Assembly (NCBI GenBank): GCA_947629815.1
Contig: CANRFG010000005.1
Coordinates: forward strand, 1-59,482
Reading direction: 5' to 3'
DNA: 59,482 nucleotides
From: an uncultured Bacilli bacterium
GTDB lineage: Bacteria; Bacillota_I; Bacilli_A; RF39; UBA660
Part shown: piece after piece, positions 48,875 to 59,078 of the stretch
Layout: each line of letters starts with the position of its first letter
Position numbering within the stretch: position 1 is the first letter of the stretch
Program-made: the position numbers and the translations under genes
Notes under the pieces: generated by a model
What the model saw: only the letters and a program-made list of their open reading frames with translations
Told to the model about the DNA's origin: nothing
The model's database searches: none

Positions 48875-51800
48875 ATGAGAATAAATCGTATGAAATTTTT
48901 TTTAATATTATTAACAATTATTTTATTACCAATAAATGTTTTTGCTAAAGAAAAAATAACTTTAGAATTAGATAAAACTGATTTAGAAGTAGGAGAAAAT
49001 GTAACTGTAATCGCTAAATTACCTACTGATACAAAACTTTATGCATTAACTGCTGTATTAAGCTATGATTCATCAGTTTTTGAACAAATAGATTATACAG
49101 ACTTTAATTTATTAGATGATGCAATAGATGTAGTTTATAATACAAACAATAATAAATTTGGAATTATAAATAAGTCAGGAGAAATTAAAGAAGAATTATT
49201 TAGAGTTACTTTAAAAGTAAAAGAAAATGCAAATGTTGGAAATACTTCAATTTCATTAACTAATATTTCATCATCAGATGGAGATAATACAATAAGTTTT
49301 GAAGAAACATCAACAAAAGTTTTAGTAACTCGCGATGCTACTAAAGATGAAGTAATACAAAATAATCCAGAAAAAGAAGTTGAACATGCTGATATAAAAG
49401 AAGAAAAAATAAAATCATTTTCAACAATGCCTATAATGATTTGCCTTTCAATAGTTATACTATTATTAATTATATGTGCAATAATAAATAAAAAAGAAAA
49501 CAAAAATAAACCTTTTGTTATTTTAACTAGCCTAGCTGTATTGTTTTTAGTTGCGCTAATATCATTATTCATTGTAAATAATAATAAAAAAGATGTAAAC
49601 AATGATGGCAAGGAAAACTACGAAGATGCAAAAGAAATTATGAAATACCTTATAGATATAGAAGGAACAAAATCTTCTTCTGATTCAACAAATCAAAATT
49701 CAAATAACAGTAACTCCAATCATTCAAATAAAGATAAATTTGATTATGATGTAAATAATGATGGAAAAGTAGACCTTGATGATGTTTCAAGTAGTACACA
49801 ACATGTTACAGAAGATATCAAATATGAAGTAAGTTTAAAAGAAAAAGAACAAGAATTTTATGTAAATAAAGGAAATATAACTCTAGAATTTGAAGCTAAT
49901 GTTACAAATAATGAAAAAATAAAAGAAGTTAATATAGATGGTAAATATTATCCTGTTGTTTATAACAATGTTTATAGTGTTACTTTAAATACACCATCAA
50001 CATCAGGTGTACATATATTTAAAATTTCAAAAGTAAAATTAGTTAATAACAAAGAAGTAGACACTAAATTAGAAATAAAAAGGGAAATATTAAAAGATGA
50101 ACCTTATGTAGATATGTTCAATTTCGATGATAAAGAAAAAACTTTAACATTTAAATTAGAAGATAAAGAAAAATCTTTTATCGAAGGAAACATTATAATT
50201 GAAGATAAAAATGGAGTAGAAGTAGTTAATAAAAAAATAAGTAATGACAATAATATAAAGTATGATTTTAAAATAGGTGAAAAATATACAGTAATGATTT
50301 TTGTAACATATGACCTTGATACAAACGAATTTACAAATATAACAGGTCAAATGAATAGAGTAGAAAATAAAGCTATTTATAGTCATATCTTATCAATTGA
50401 TACTAACTATAACTTCAAAATAACAAACATTAACATAAGTGATGCAATAGAAAAAGGAGAAAAACCAACTATTACTTTTGAAAGTACAAATAGTAAAGGA
50501 TATACAGTTGAATATATAGAAATCGATGGAGTAAAATATAAGGTTTCACCAAAATATGAAAAAAATAAGTATATAGTTGTTTTAGATAATATAAATACTG
50601 ATAATTATGGTAAATATCATATTGATATAGATAAAGTAGAAATGAATAACTACAAAGTATTTGAAAGAGATATTGATTATAAATCAAATACATTAAGTTA
50701 TACTGTACTTAAAAAAGCACCAACTGTTGAAAATATAACACTAGATGTTAACAAAGATGAAGAAGAAATAATTGTTAATTATAAAGTTATCGATAATGAT
50801 AAAACATTAAATAGTTTAAATCTTTATTTAGTAGATACTAACAATAATGTTGTTGCAAATATGGATAGTGTAGAAGCAGGAAATAAACAAATACTTTCTT
50901 ATTCAGGAAATATCTCAGGAGGATATAGAGTTAAATTTTTAGCTAACTATAATTTAGGTACTGATAGACATAATTATACTGATGTTAATCTTGGAGAAAA
51001 AGGTGTACTTACACAAAGTGATGTAGTTATTACAAAAGTAGAAGTAGGTTTAAATAACAATAAAACAAATCCATATCCAACAAAAAATCAACAAAAATAT
51101 CAAATAAGATATACAATTTCATTAAGTGAAAATATTATTAATAAATACAACAGATTTGCTGGTGTTACAATAAATGGAATAAATTTTGATGGTGGCTCTA
51201 ATACAGTAGATAAAAATGGAATCGCAACTACAACAATAAGTTTTACTGTACCTAGTTCATCAGGTATTGTAGACTTAAGAGTTGATAGAGTTAAATTGGC
51301 ATCAGAAAGTTATCAAGGTGTTAGTCAAGCATTTTTTACAATAGAGCCTTATACAACTCAAATTGATGTTTTAAAAGATAAACCTTCAATTGAAGATTTA
51401 GAAATTGTTGATGAAGATTATGATAATGGTAATGTTACATTTAAATTCAAAGTTATAGATGATAAAGGTGGATTTGAAAGAGGTAGTGTTTCATTAGATG
51501 GTCAAGTTAAAGATATAACACTTAAAGATAATTTAGTAACATTTACAAATATTACTAAAGATAAACAATTTAATTTACTATTTACTTCTGATTTTGATTT
51601 AGATACTAATACATTAGATGAAGATACAAATTTAAATAGTTATAAGAATGAAAAAATTTATGAAGTTTCTTATGGACTTTATAGTAATGATAAATATGAC
51701 AAAATAAATATTATTGATTTATCAACTTTATCAGAAAATAAAAATTATTTTGAAAAAAACGAACAAATCAAACTAAACTTTAATGTTGTTAAACCTGATA

Positions 51801-54800
51801 TAGATTTTGAAGTAGATAAAATAATAATAGAAGGTAATGAGTATAATGTTTTAAAAACTAATGATGGTTATACGACAACTATCCTAGGTTATTTAACATC
51901 AGGAATTAAGGAAATAAAAATAGAAGAAATCATATTAAATAATGGTAAAAAAATAACTTTAAATACACCTGCTTCAATAAAGATTGAAGTACTAAAAGAT
52001 ATAGTTAGTGTATATGATTTTAAATATGAAATAAATGATGATAAAATTAAATTAAACCTTTCTTTAAAAGATGATGACAAATCAATTATTGGAGACGCTA
52101 AAGATTATGTAAATGTAAATATTTACAATGAAAAAGGTCAATTATTATATAGTTTACCTTACAACAATGAAATTGAATTTAATAGAGCAGATAATTTATT
52201 AAGATACTATATTGATGTTTCAGCTACTTATGATAGAGATATTTCAAGAAAAAATGATAATTATTATGAAAATATGAAACTTTTAGATGAAGTCGTATCA
52301 ATAGATAAAAATTATATAGAAATAAAAGATATTATAGATGTAACTTTATATAAAGAAGAAGAAAATAAAACAACAGCAGTTGAAGAAGTTGATATTAAAG
52401 ATTTACAAGATAATTTAGATAATTATTTTGTAAAAATTTCTATGACTAATATGCCATCTATACATGGAAAAATAACTAAAATATTAAATGAAAATAATCG
52501 TTTGATTCTTATACTAGACTATGAATATACAGTTAAACAAAATTCAAAAGAAAAACAAGACTTAAGAATTGACTTTGGTCAAATAAAAGATGGTAAAGTT
52601 ATAAATGAAGCACGACCAGAAACAATGGAACAACTTATAGAAAGAATTACTAAAAATCCTTCTTCACATGTAATTTTAACTCGTGATTATGATATGTCAG
52701 AAATAAAAGTAAACACTAATACATATTTTGATGTAGAATTTGAAGGTATATTTGATGGTAATGGACATACAATTAAAAATTTAGATAGACCTTTATTTAA
52801 AATAGTTAGAGGTACTGTTGAAAATTTAAAAATTGAAAATGTTACTTTACCTTCAGGTGAAGGTACAAAGGGAACATTAGCAAATACTACATATGGGGCA
52901 AATATTAAAAACATATTAGTAAATGCTGTATCAAAAAGCAATTCAACAACAGCAACAGGTGGATTGATAGGTGATGCTAATAATACTATTATTGAAAATT
53001 GTCGAGTTACTAATGTTAATTTCAATCTTAATTATTTAGCGCAACAAAATGGAGCCTTAGTTGGTAAACTTAACAATTCAACAATTAAAAATTGCTATGC
53101 TAGTGGAAAAATAAATGGTGGATATAATTTCATTGGTGGTCTTGTAGGTGATGGTTTTGGTGGTTCTGTTATTACAAATAGTTATGCAAAAGTAACATTG
53201 ACAGGTAATGGATATAATACTACAAGTGCATTTGCAGGTTCATATCGTGGTAATTTAACTATTAAAAACTCAATTAGTTTAAGTAATGGTTTTTATTACT
53301 CATTCTCTGGAAACTTAGAAAAATCAGAAAATAATTATTTTGTAAATAATGGTAAATCAGGTAGTGAACATCCATCATTAACAAAAGTAGAGATTAATGA
53401 TGTAAATGAGAAATTATTTAAAGAAGATTTAAAATTTGATAATGATATTTGGAAATTAAGTAATATATCTTATGATAATTTACCAATATTTAATTTTGAA
53501 AAAGTAACAAAAATTAATGTTGAAGAAGTTGGAAATGACTACGATGAAAGTAAAGAATTATTATACAACAACTTAATGTTATTAATGCCTTACTATGATA
53601 GTAGTAAAATAGTAAGTAGCGCTAAAAACATTTCAGATAATACACTTTTATCAAAACAAGAAATTAAACATATAATTCCAATAGATGAAAATGGAAATGT
53701 TGTAACTTATTTAACTACTGAAAATCAAACAAAAATCAAAAAAATAAAAATAGTATTTAACAACAACGAAACTGAAGAATATGATGTACGCTATGATAAA
53801 ACATATGATATGATTGCAAGTTATCGAATCAGCGATTTAATGATTGATTATACTTATAATCATTATGTATTAGATAGTAATTCACAATTAGTAAATAATT
53901 TAACTAATTATTTAACTGATTTAACTTATGAAGATAACTTAGATAAATTAACTACTTCTACAGATAGTAGAATATATAGTGAATTTTATAATGATGTTAC
54001 AAAAAAAGAATTAAAACAATTTGTTTTAAAATATTTATCTAATAGTAATTATGCAGTTACAAGTTCAAATGAAGCAATTAGTGATTATTTAGAAAGAGAA
54101 ATTAAAAGTGACAAAAAACTAGAAAAAATGTTATATGTATATAATTACTTTAGACGCTTCTATGATGTAGAAATAGATGGTATTAAGTTATATGATTTTA
54201 TGCTATTTAATTCACAGGGATTTAGTGATTCGATGACACCTTACTCTATTGCGGAAATGTATTTAAATAATAAAGATAGTTTTGCAACTAATAAAACTAA
54301 TGATGCATATAGAGATTTATTAAGTAAATATACAGGATATACAACCATTCCTGAATTATTGGAATACTTAGTTCAAGTATTAAGTAATGAAGACCCTGCA
54401 GATTGGTATGCAAGTCAATTTAAAGGATATTTAATAGAATTAAATGTCGATAATCGCCCTGATATTGAATACAGGTTATGGGAACATATAAAAACACAAG
54501 ATAAAAATACAAAAGTAAATTGGTTTAATTATGCTTTACCAATTATAACTTTACCAGAAAATGCCGCTTACATAATATCAACTCCTACTCAATTTGTAAT
54601 TGGAGCGCAAAGAACTTACATGAATGACCCATATAACGAATCTGATAGAGCAGTATTTTTAGAAAAAGTAAAAACATATACAGCAAGAATGAAAGAATAT
54701 TATACAACTGCTGCTTCAATAATTGAAGATAAAGATATATTTAACAATATCCATACAATTCAAATAGATAAAAGATTTGCTTATGAAAATGGTGTTTTAA

Positions 54801-56098
54801 CTTTCCAAAGTCCTTATTCAACACAAGAACCATTCCATAAAAACTTCAATGAAGTAATTGGTCAATGGGCATATCCAGATGGTAATGCAGCAACAGCAAA
54901 TGGTGCTTATATAATATGGCGTGCAGAAGGAGTATTAGATGGAGAATGGACTTATCATACTTGGTCACATGAAACTGCTCATAACATGGATGCTAGATTA
55001 TTCTTAAAAGATAATGGAAGAAGATTTGATGCAGGTGGAGAAGATTATGCTGATGGAAATTTAAATCAAATATTTAATGACCATGATATTGTAATGAATA
55101 TATCAATGCATTTTCAAGATAAAGATAATATAGCAGCTAATCTTGAACCAAGTAGAATAGATAGTAAAGAAGAAATTTATGATTTTTATAATAAACTATT
55201 TGATACAGTATATATTATGGACTATTTAGAAGGTCAGGCTTTCTTAAAATTAACACCTGAAGAACAATCTAAACTTGCAGTTCAAGTTTCTTATCCAAGA
55301 GAAACAGAAGAATTACATGAAGGTGAAGAATATTTAAAACGACAACATACAGTATATCAAGAAATTTCAACTGAAGAATTCGAAAAAATGAACTTAAGTT
55401 CTATGAAAGATTTATATACTAATCATTTAGTTATGTATCCTGGCGTAATTTATACGACACTAACTACTAATCGATATGGTGGAGAAAATATACTAAAAGT
55501 ACGCTGGTATCAACCTCACAATGATTTAGGTAGACCAGATTCATATAGTATAAAATGGTGGGCTTATGAAATGTTAGGATATGCTGGATATGATGATGGT
55601 TATATTGAATATTATAGTAATATTAATTCAATAAAAAAGAATGTATATCAAGTAAGAAATACTATACCTGGTATGTATGAAGTAGACTATAAAACTGATT
55701 TAATGGCTTTACAAAAAATTACTAATCAATCAGATATGACTTTTGAAAAATATAGATTAGGTAGATTTGATAAAGTAGAACAGAATTTAACAAATATTCA
55801 AGTAATTAATGTTAATGAATACTTTAACAAATTCTATGATGCATTAAAAAAAGATGCAGAAGCAGTTAAAAAAGCACAAGATGAAGCATTAAAATTATAT
55901 CCAAGAGATACAAAAGAAATGATTGATAAACGAAATTCATATGTTATTAATAGTAAAGCAAAAGAATTAACTAATAGTTCAGCTGTTAGAAAAGAATTAT
56001 ATTTCGAACTAAAAAATGGAACAAATGATTTTATAGGAGATGTTTATAATTCAACTAATAAACAAGTAGTAAATCCATTTACTATTCCAAGCAATTAA
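48875..56098 (+). CDS. Giant ZmpA/B/C (peptidase M26, IgA1-protease-like) surface metalloprotease with an N-terminal cohesin-like domain, two TM helices, a dockerin-like module, Ig-like repeats and a GLUG-like beta-helix
   Basis: Signal peptide (..NVFA|K); cohesin-like aa ~25-150; two DVNNDGK..D loops; FDGNGHTIKNL, GGLIG/GGLVG; LLYNNL.LMPYY; HTWSHETAHNMD..EDYADG; YEMLGYAGY. Confidence 0.8.
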   Translation: MRINRMKFFLILLTIILLPINVFAKEKITLELDKTDLEVGENVTVIAKLPTDTKLYALTAVLSYDSSVFEQIDYTDFNLLDDAIDVVYNTNNNKFGIINKSGEIKEELFRVTLKVKENANVGNTSISLTNISSSDGDNTISFEETSTKVLVTRDATKDEVIQNNPEKEVEHADIKEEKIKSFSTMPIMICLSIVILLLIICAIINKKENKNKPFVILTSLAVLFLVALISLFIVNNNKKDVNNDGKENYEDAKEIMKYLIDIEGTKSSSDSTNQNSNNSNSNHSNKDKFDYDVNNDGKVDLDDVSSSTQHVTEDIKYEVSLKEKEQEFYVNKGNITLEFEANVTNNEKIKEVNIDGKYYPVVYNNVYSVTLNTPSTSGVHIFKISKVKLVNNKEVDTKLEIKREILKDEPYVDMFNFDDKEKTLTFKLEDKEKSFIEGNIIIEDKNGVEVVNKKISNDNNIKYDFKIGEKYTVMIFVTYDLDTNEFTNITGQMNRVENKAIYSHILSIDTNYNFKITNINISDAIEKGEKPTITFESTNSKGYTVEYIEIDGVKYKVSPKYEKNKYIVVLDNINTDNYGKYHIDIDKVEMNNYKVFERDIDYKSNTLSYTVLKKAPTVENITLDVNKDEEEIIVNYKVIDNDKTLNSLNLYLVDTNNNVVANMDSVEAGNKQILSYSGNISGGYRVKFLANYNLGTDRHNYTDVNLGEKGVLTQSDVVITKVEVGLNNNKTNPYPTKNQQKYQIRYTISLSENIINKYNRFAGVTINGINFDGGSNTVDKNGIATTTISFTVPSSSGIVDLRVDRVKLASESYQGVSQAFFTIEPYTTQIDVLKDKPSIEDLEIVDEDYDNGNVTFKFKVIDDKGGFERGSVSLDGQVKDITLKDNLVTFTNITKDKQFNLLFTSDFDLDTNTLDEDTNLNSYKNEKIYEVSYGLYSNDKYDKINIIDLSTLSENKNYFEKNEQIKLNFNVVKPDIDFEVDKIIIEGNEYNVLKTNDGYTTTILGYLTSGIKEIKIEEIILNNGKKITLNTPASIKIEVLKDIVSVYDFKYEINDDKIKLNLSLKDDDKSIIGDAKDYVNVNIYNEKGQLLYSLPYNNEIEFNRADNLLRYYIDVSATYDRDISRKNDNYYENMKLLDEVVSIDKNYIEIKDIIDVTLYKEEENKTTAVEEVDIKDLQDNLDNYFVKISMTNMPSIHGKITKILNENNRLILILDYEYTVKQNSKEKQDLRIDFGQIKDGKVINEARPETMEQLIERITKNPSSHVILTRDYDMSEIKVNTNTYFDVEFEGIFDGNGHTIKNLDRPLFKIVRGTVENLKIENVTLPSGEGTKGTLANTTYGANIKNILVNAVSKSNSTTATGGLIGDANNTIIENCRVTNVNFNLNYLAQQNGALVGKLNNSTIKNCYASGKINGGYNFIGGLVGDGFGGSVITNSYAKVTLTGNGYNTTSAFAGSYRGNLTIKNSISLSNGFYYSFSGNLEKSENNYFVNNGKSGSEHPSLTKVEINDVNEKLFKEDLKFDNDIWKLSNISYDNLPIFNFEKVTKINVEEVGNDYDESKELLYNNLMLLMPYYDSSKIVSSAKNISDNTLLSKQEIKHIIPIDENGNVVTYLTTENQTKIKKIKIVFNNNETEEYDVRYDKTYDMIASYRISDLMIDYTYNHYVLDSNSQLVNNLTNYLTDLTYEDNLDKLTTSTDSRIYSEFYNDVTKKELKQFVLKYLSNSNYAVTSSNEAISDYLEREIKSDKKLEKMLYVYNYFRRFYDVEIDGIKLYDFMLFNSQGFSDSMTPYSIAEMYLNNKDSFATNKTNDAYRDLLSKYTGYTTIPELLEYLVQVLSNEDPADWYASQFKGYLIELNVDNRPDIEYRLWEHIKTQDKNTKVNWFNYALPIITLPENAAYIISTPTQFVIGAQRTYMNDPYNESDRAVFLEKVKTYTARMKEYYTTAASIIEDKDIFNNIHTIQIDKRFAYENGVLTFQSPYSTQEPFHKNFNEVIGQWAYPDGNAATANGAYIIWRAEGVLDGEWTYHTWSHETAHNMDARLFLKDNGRRFDAGGEDYADGNLNQIFNDHDIVMNISMHFQDKDNIAANLEPSRIDSKEEIYDFYNKLFDTVYIMDYLEGQAFLKLTPEEQSKLAVQVSYPRETEELHEGEEYLKRQHTVYQEISTEEFEKMNLSSMKDLYTNHLVMYPGVIYTTLTTNRYGGENILKVRWYQPHNDLGRPDSYSIKWWAYEMLGYAGYDDGYIEYYSNINSIKKNVYQVRNTIPGMYEVDYKTDLMALQKITNQSDMTFEKYRLGRFDKVEQNLTNIQVINVNEYFNKFYDALKKDAEAVKKAQDEALKLYPRDTKEMIDKRNSYVINSKAKELTNSSAVRKELYFELKNGTNDFIGDVYNSTNKQVVNPFTIPSN

Positions 56099-56128
56099 AG
56101 ATTGTTAGTTATTACTGACAATCTTTTA
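56097..56128 (+). terminator. Terminator after the protease gene
   Basis: AAAGATTGTTAGT-TATT-ACTGACAATCTTT. Confidence 0.7.
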
Positions 56129-56172
56129 AATTAACAATTTAAAAATTATAACTTACAAAAAAATAAAAAAAG

Positions 56173-56277
56173 TGTTATAATTATATTGTTTGAAACAAAT
56201 ATACTGAGTCAATTATAATCAATGAGTAGCAAAAATGCGTAAGTCCAATTGTATAAGGACTTGCGTATTTTTATTTT
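56173..56277 (+). promoter_or_regulatory. Extended -10 promoter and leader terminator (attenuator) upstream of MATE
   Basis: TGTTATAAT at 56173-56181; AATGCGTAAGTCC-N10-GGACTTGCGTATT followed by a T-rich run before the RBS. Confidence 0.6.
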
Positions 56278-56300
56278 CAAAAATAATGATGGAGGTATTT

Positions 56301-57692
56301 ATGAAAAACATAGATTTAGAACATGAAAAGATTTCTAAATTAATTAAAAAATTTGCAATACCATGCGTTATTAGCATGATTGTTGCAGCACTATATAATA
56401 TAGTTGACCAAATATTTATAGGTTGGAGTGAGGCAGGTCCATTTGGAAATGCAGCAACAAATATTGTTTATCCATTTACCGTGATAGCGCTTGCTTTTGC
56501 ATTATTAATTGGGGATGGGGCATCTGCACTATTTAATTTATTGTTAGGAGCAAAAGAAAAAGAAAAAATAAATAAATCAATAGGTAATGGAGTTATACTT
56601 TTAATTATAGTATCTATCTTATTAACTATTGTTGGATTTATTTTTAACAAACAAATATTAAATATATTTGGTGCAAATCCAAATGAAGTAGAATGCTATA
56701 ATTATGCAAAAGATTATTTGACAATAATTTGTTATGGATTACCTTTTTATATTATAGGTCAAGGTTTAAATGCATCTATTAGAAGTGATGGAAATCCTAA
56801 ATATGCTATGTTTGCAACTATTATAGGGGCAATATCAAATATAATTTTAGACCCAATATTTATATTTGTGTTTAAAATGAATGTTAAAGGTGCAGCATTA
56901 GCAACTATAATTGGACAAATTTTAACTTTTATAGTAAGTATTTTATATTTAAGAAAATCAAAATTATTTAAAATTGATAAGCAATCAATAAAATTAGATA
57001 AAACAATAATAAAAAAAATAATATCACTAGGGTTACCATCTTTAATTACACAAATTGCTATAGTAATTATAATATCAGTTGCAAATAACTTAGTAGTTAA
57101 ATATGGATATATAACAATATCTTCAACAAATATACCTTATGGTGTTGTAACACCACTTGCAGTTATTGGTATATGTATGAAAGTATTTGGAATAGTTATT
57201 TCAATAATTATTGGAGTATCATTAGGGGGTATGCCAATAATTGGATATAATATGGGTGCTGGAAATATAAAAAGAGTTAAAGAAACCATTAAATGTATTT
57301 TGATAATTAACTTAATTATAGGTTCTATAGCATTTGTAATATTTGAATTTTTTCCAACTTTTATTATTAATATTTTTGGTAGTGGGAATTCTATTGAATA
57401 TTTAGAATATGCAAGATATTGTTTAAATATATTTTTAGGTGGAATTATACTAACTTGTTTAATTAAATCGATGTCTATATTGTTACAATCAATGGGAGCA
57501 GGTTTTAAATCAACAATACTTGCTTTATCGCGAGATGTAATTTTCTTTGTACCATCGATAACCATAATAGCTTACTTATCTAAAAGTGTAGTTACAATGT
57601 TATATAGTGCGATAATATCAGATGTTTTGGCTTTTATTTTAGGACTAATATTATTAAAAATTCAATTCAAAAAGTTAGAAATTAATAAATAG
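56301..57692 (+). CDS. MATE-family efflux transporter (MepA-like)
   Basis: KFAIPCVISMIVAALYNIVDQIFIG, IRSDGNP, NIILDPIFIF..GAALAT, PIIGYNMGA; RBS GGAGG before ATG 56301. Confidence 0.92.
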   Translation: MKNIDLEHEKISKLIKKFAIPCVISMIVAALYNIVDQIFIGWSEAGPFGNAATNIVYPFTVIALAFALLIGDGASALFNLLLGAKEKEKINKSIGNGVILLIIVSILLTIVGFIFNKQILNIFGANPNEVECYNYAKDYLTIICYGLPFYIIGQGLNASIRSDGNPKYAMFATIIGAISNIILDPIFIFVFKMNVKGAALATIIGQILTFIVSILYLRKSKLFKIDKQSIKLDKTIIKKIISLGLPSLITQIAIVIIISVANNLVVKYGYITISSTNIPYGVVTPLAVIGICMKVFGIVISIIIGVSLGGMPIIGYNMGAGNIKRVKETIKCILIINLIIGSIAFVIFEFFPTFIINIFGSGNSIEYLEYARYCLNIFLGGIILTCLIKSMSILLQSMGAGFKSTILALSRDVIFFVPSITIIAYLSKSVVTMLYSAIISDVLAFILGLILLKIQFKKLEINK

Positions 57693-57701
57693 GAGGATAA
57701 A

Positions 57702-58196
57702 ATGTATAAAGTAAATGAATATGTTGTGTATAAAAAAGATGTATGCAAAATAAAAGAAATAAGAAATAATAAAATGAATGGAATTGATTATTATATTTTA
57801 GTTCCAATCGATGATGAATCATTAATTATTGATGTTCCTGTTGAAAATAGAATGGGTTATTTAAGAAGTATAATTAGTAAGGAAGAAGCAAATAAATTAA
57901 TAAATAATATTCCAAATATTGAGCCATTAAAAAATATAGATGATAAATATGTTGAAAAAACATATAAAGATTTACTATATAATGGTACACATGAAGATTT
58001 AATTAAAATCATTAAGACAACTTATTTAAGGAATAATGATAGAAAAATAAACAATAAAAAATTAAGTGAAAAAGATAATGATTATTTTACAAAAGCAGAA
58101 AAATATTTATATAATGAAATTTCAATTTCTTTAAATATGAGCTTTGATGAAACAAAAAATTATATAATAAAAAAAGTTCAAGAATTAATAAAATAA
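57702..58196 (+). CDS. CarD/TRCF-RID family transcriptional regulator
   Basis: YKVNEYVVY..VCKI..YYIL.P...VPV...LR.IISKEE...AEKYLYNEI. Confidence 0.8.
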   Translation: MYKVNEYVVYKKDVCKIKEIRNNKMNGIDYYILVPIDDESLIIDVPVENRMGYLRSIISKEEANKLINNIPNIEPLKNIDDKYVEKTYKDLLYNGTHEDLIKIIKTTYLRNNDRKINNKKLSEKDNDYFTKAEKYLYNEISISLNMSFDETKNYIIKKVQELIK

Positions 58197-58296
58197 TTAA
58201 ATGTATAATTTATATTAATAATGATAATTCTTGCTTTTTTTATGTTATAATTTAAATATAAGTTTATTAATTAATATAAATTTTATAGGTGATAAA

Positions 58297-58884
58297 ATGG
58301 AAATTATTATATTTAAATTAGAAGAACTTAAAAAGAATCTTAACGGATTTGCTTGTTATATTTTAGGTAGAAGTTATGATTTAGAAGAAAATGGAGTTAC
58401 TAAAAATTTTAAAGAAGCGTTAAAGTATTACAATGAAGGTATGAATCTAAATTATCCTTTATGTGAATATTCATTAGGTATTTCTCTGATTTTAGGATTA
58501 GGTGATGTATTAAAAATTGACAAAGAAAAAGGAACTAAACTATTAATAGAAGCTTATCCTAAGATTTTAAATATAATAAATAATCAAGATTTATCACCGG
58601 AAGAAAGATTATATGCGAAATTTGTGACAGGTGCTTATCATTATTATGGATTAGGAAATATAAGAAAAGATGATAAAAAAGCCTTTGATATAATACAAGA
58701 ATGTGCTAATGAAGGACATATTGCTGCAATATATGATCTAGGTGCAAATTTCTATTATAATGGAGTTGGCACTGAACGAGACATAGAAAAATCAAAATAC
58801 TATCTAAGTCTTGCTTCAGAAGCAGGACTCCCAAGAGCAATAAAAAAATATAATGATTATAATTTTGGTACTAAAAAATTATAA
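58297..58884 (+). CDS. Sel1-like repeat protein
   Basis: ACYILG..Y....GVTKNFKEALKYY, AIYDLG..YYNGVGTERDIEKS; ATG 58297 follows AGGTG. Confidence 0.85.
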   Translation: MEIIIFKLEELKKNLNGFACYILGRSYDLEENGVTKNFKEALKYYNEGMNLNYPLCEYSLGISLILGLGDVLKIDKEKGTKLLIEAYPKILNIINNQDLSPEERLYAKFVTGAYHYYGLGNIRKDDKKAFDIIQECANEGHIAAIYDLGANFYYNGVGTERDIEKSKYYLSLASEAGLPRAIKKYNDYNFGTKKL

Positions 58885-59078
58885 AAAAATAAGTTATCCA
58901 AGTGAATGAAAATAAAACTAATATGGTTGATTATGATTTATTTGATCCTTCGGTAAAATCTTTATAAATAAAAAGTTTTCGTGAAAAATGCTTTAAATTT
59001 CGTTAAATTTATGTGATGAAATGAAAAGGTGATTACGACATTTAACCCTTAATAAAAACAAGAAAGTAGGTGTTAATT

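Noticed and set aside
980-57565. Numerous 60-160 aa ORFs antisense to or nested in long genes (e.g. 4034-4396, 15299-15676, 20965-21402, 49135-49611, 57137-57565)
   Set aside because: They are shadows of well-supported genes, lack an RBS or motifs, and are expected from codon bias in AT-rich DNA
58900-58970. Short frame NENKTNMVDYDLFDPSVKSL*
   Set aside because: Too short and no RBS; cannot be assigned
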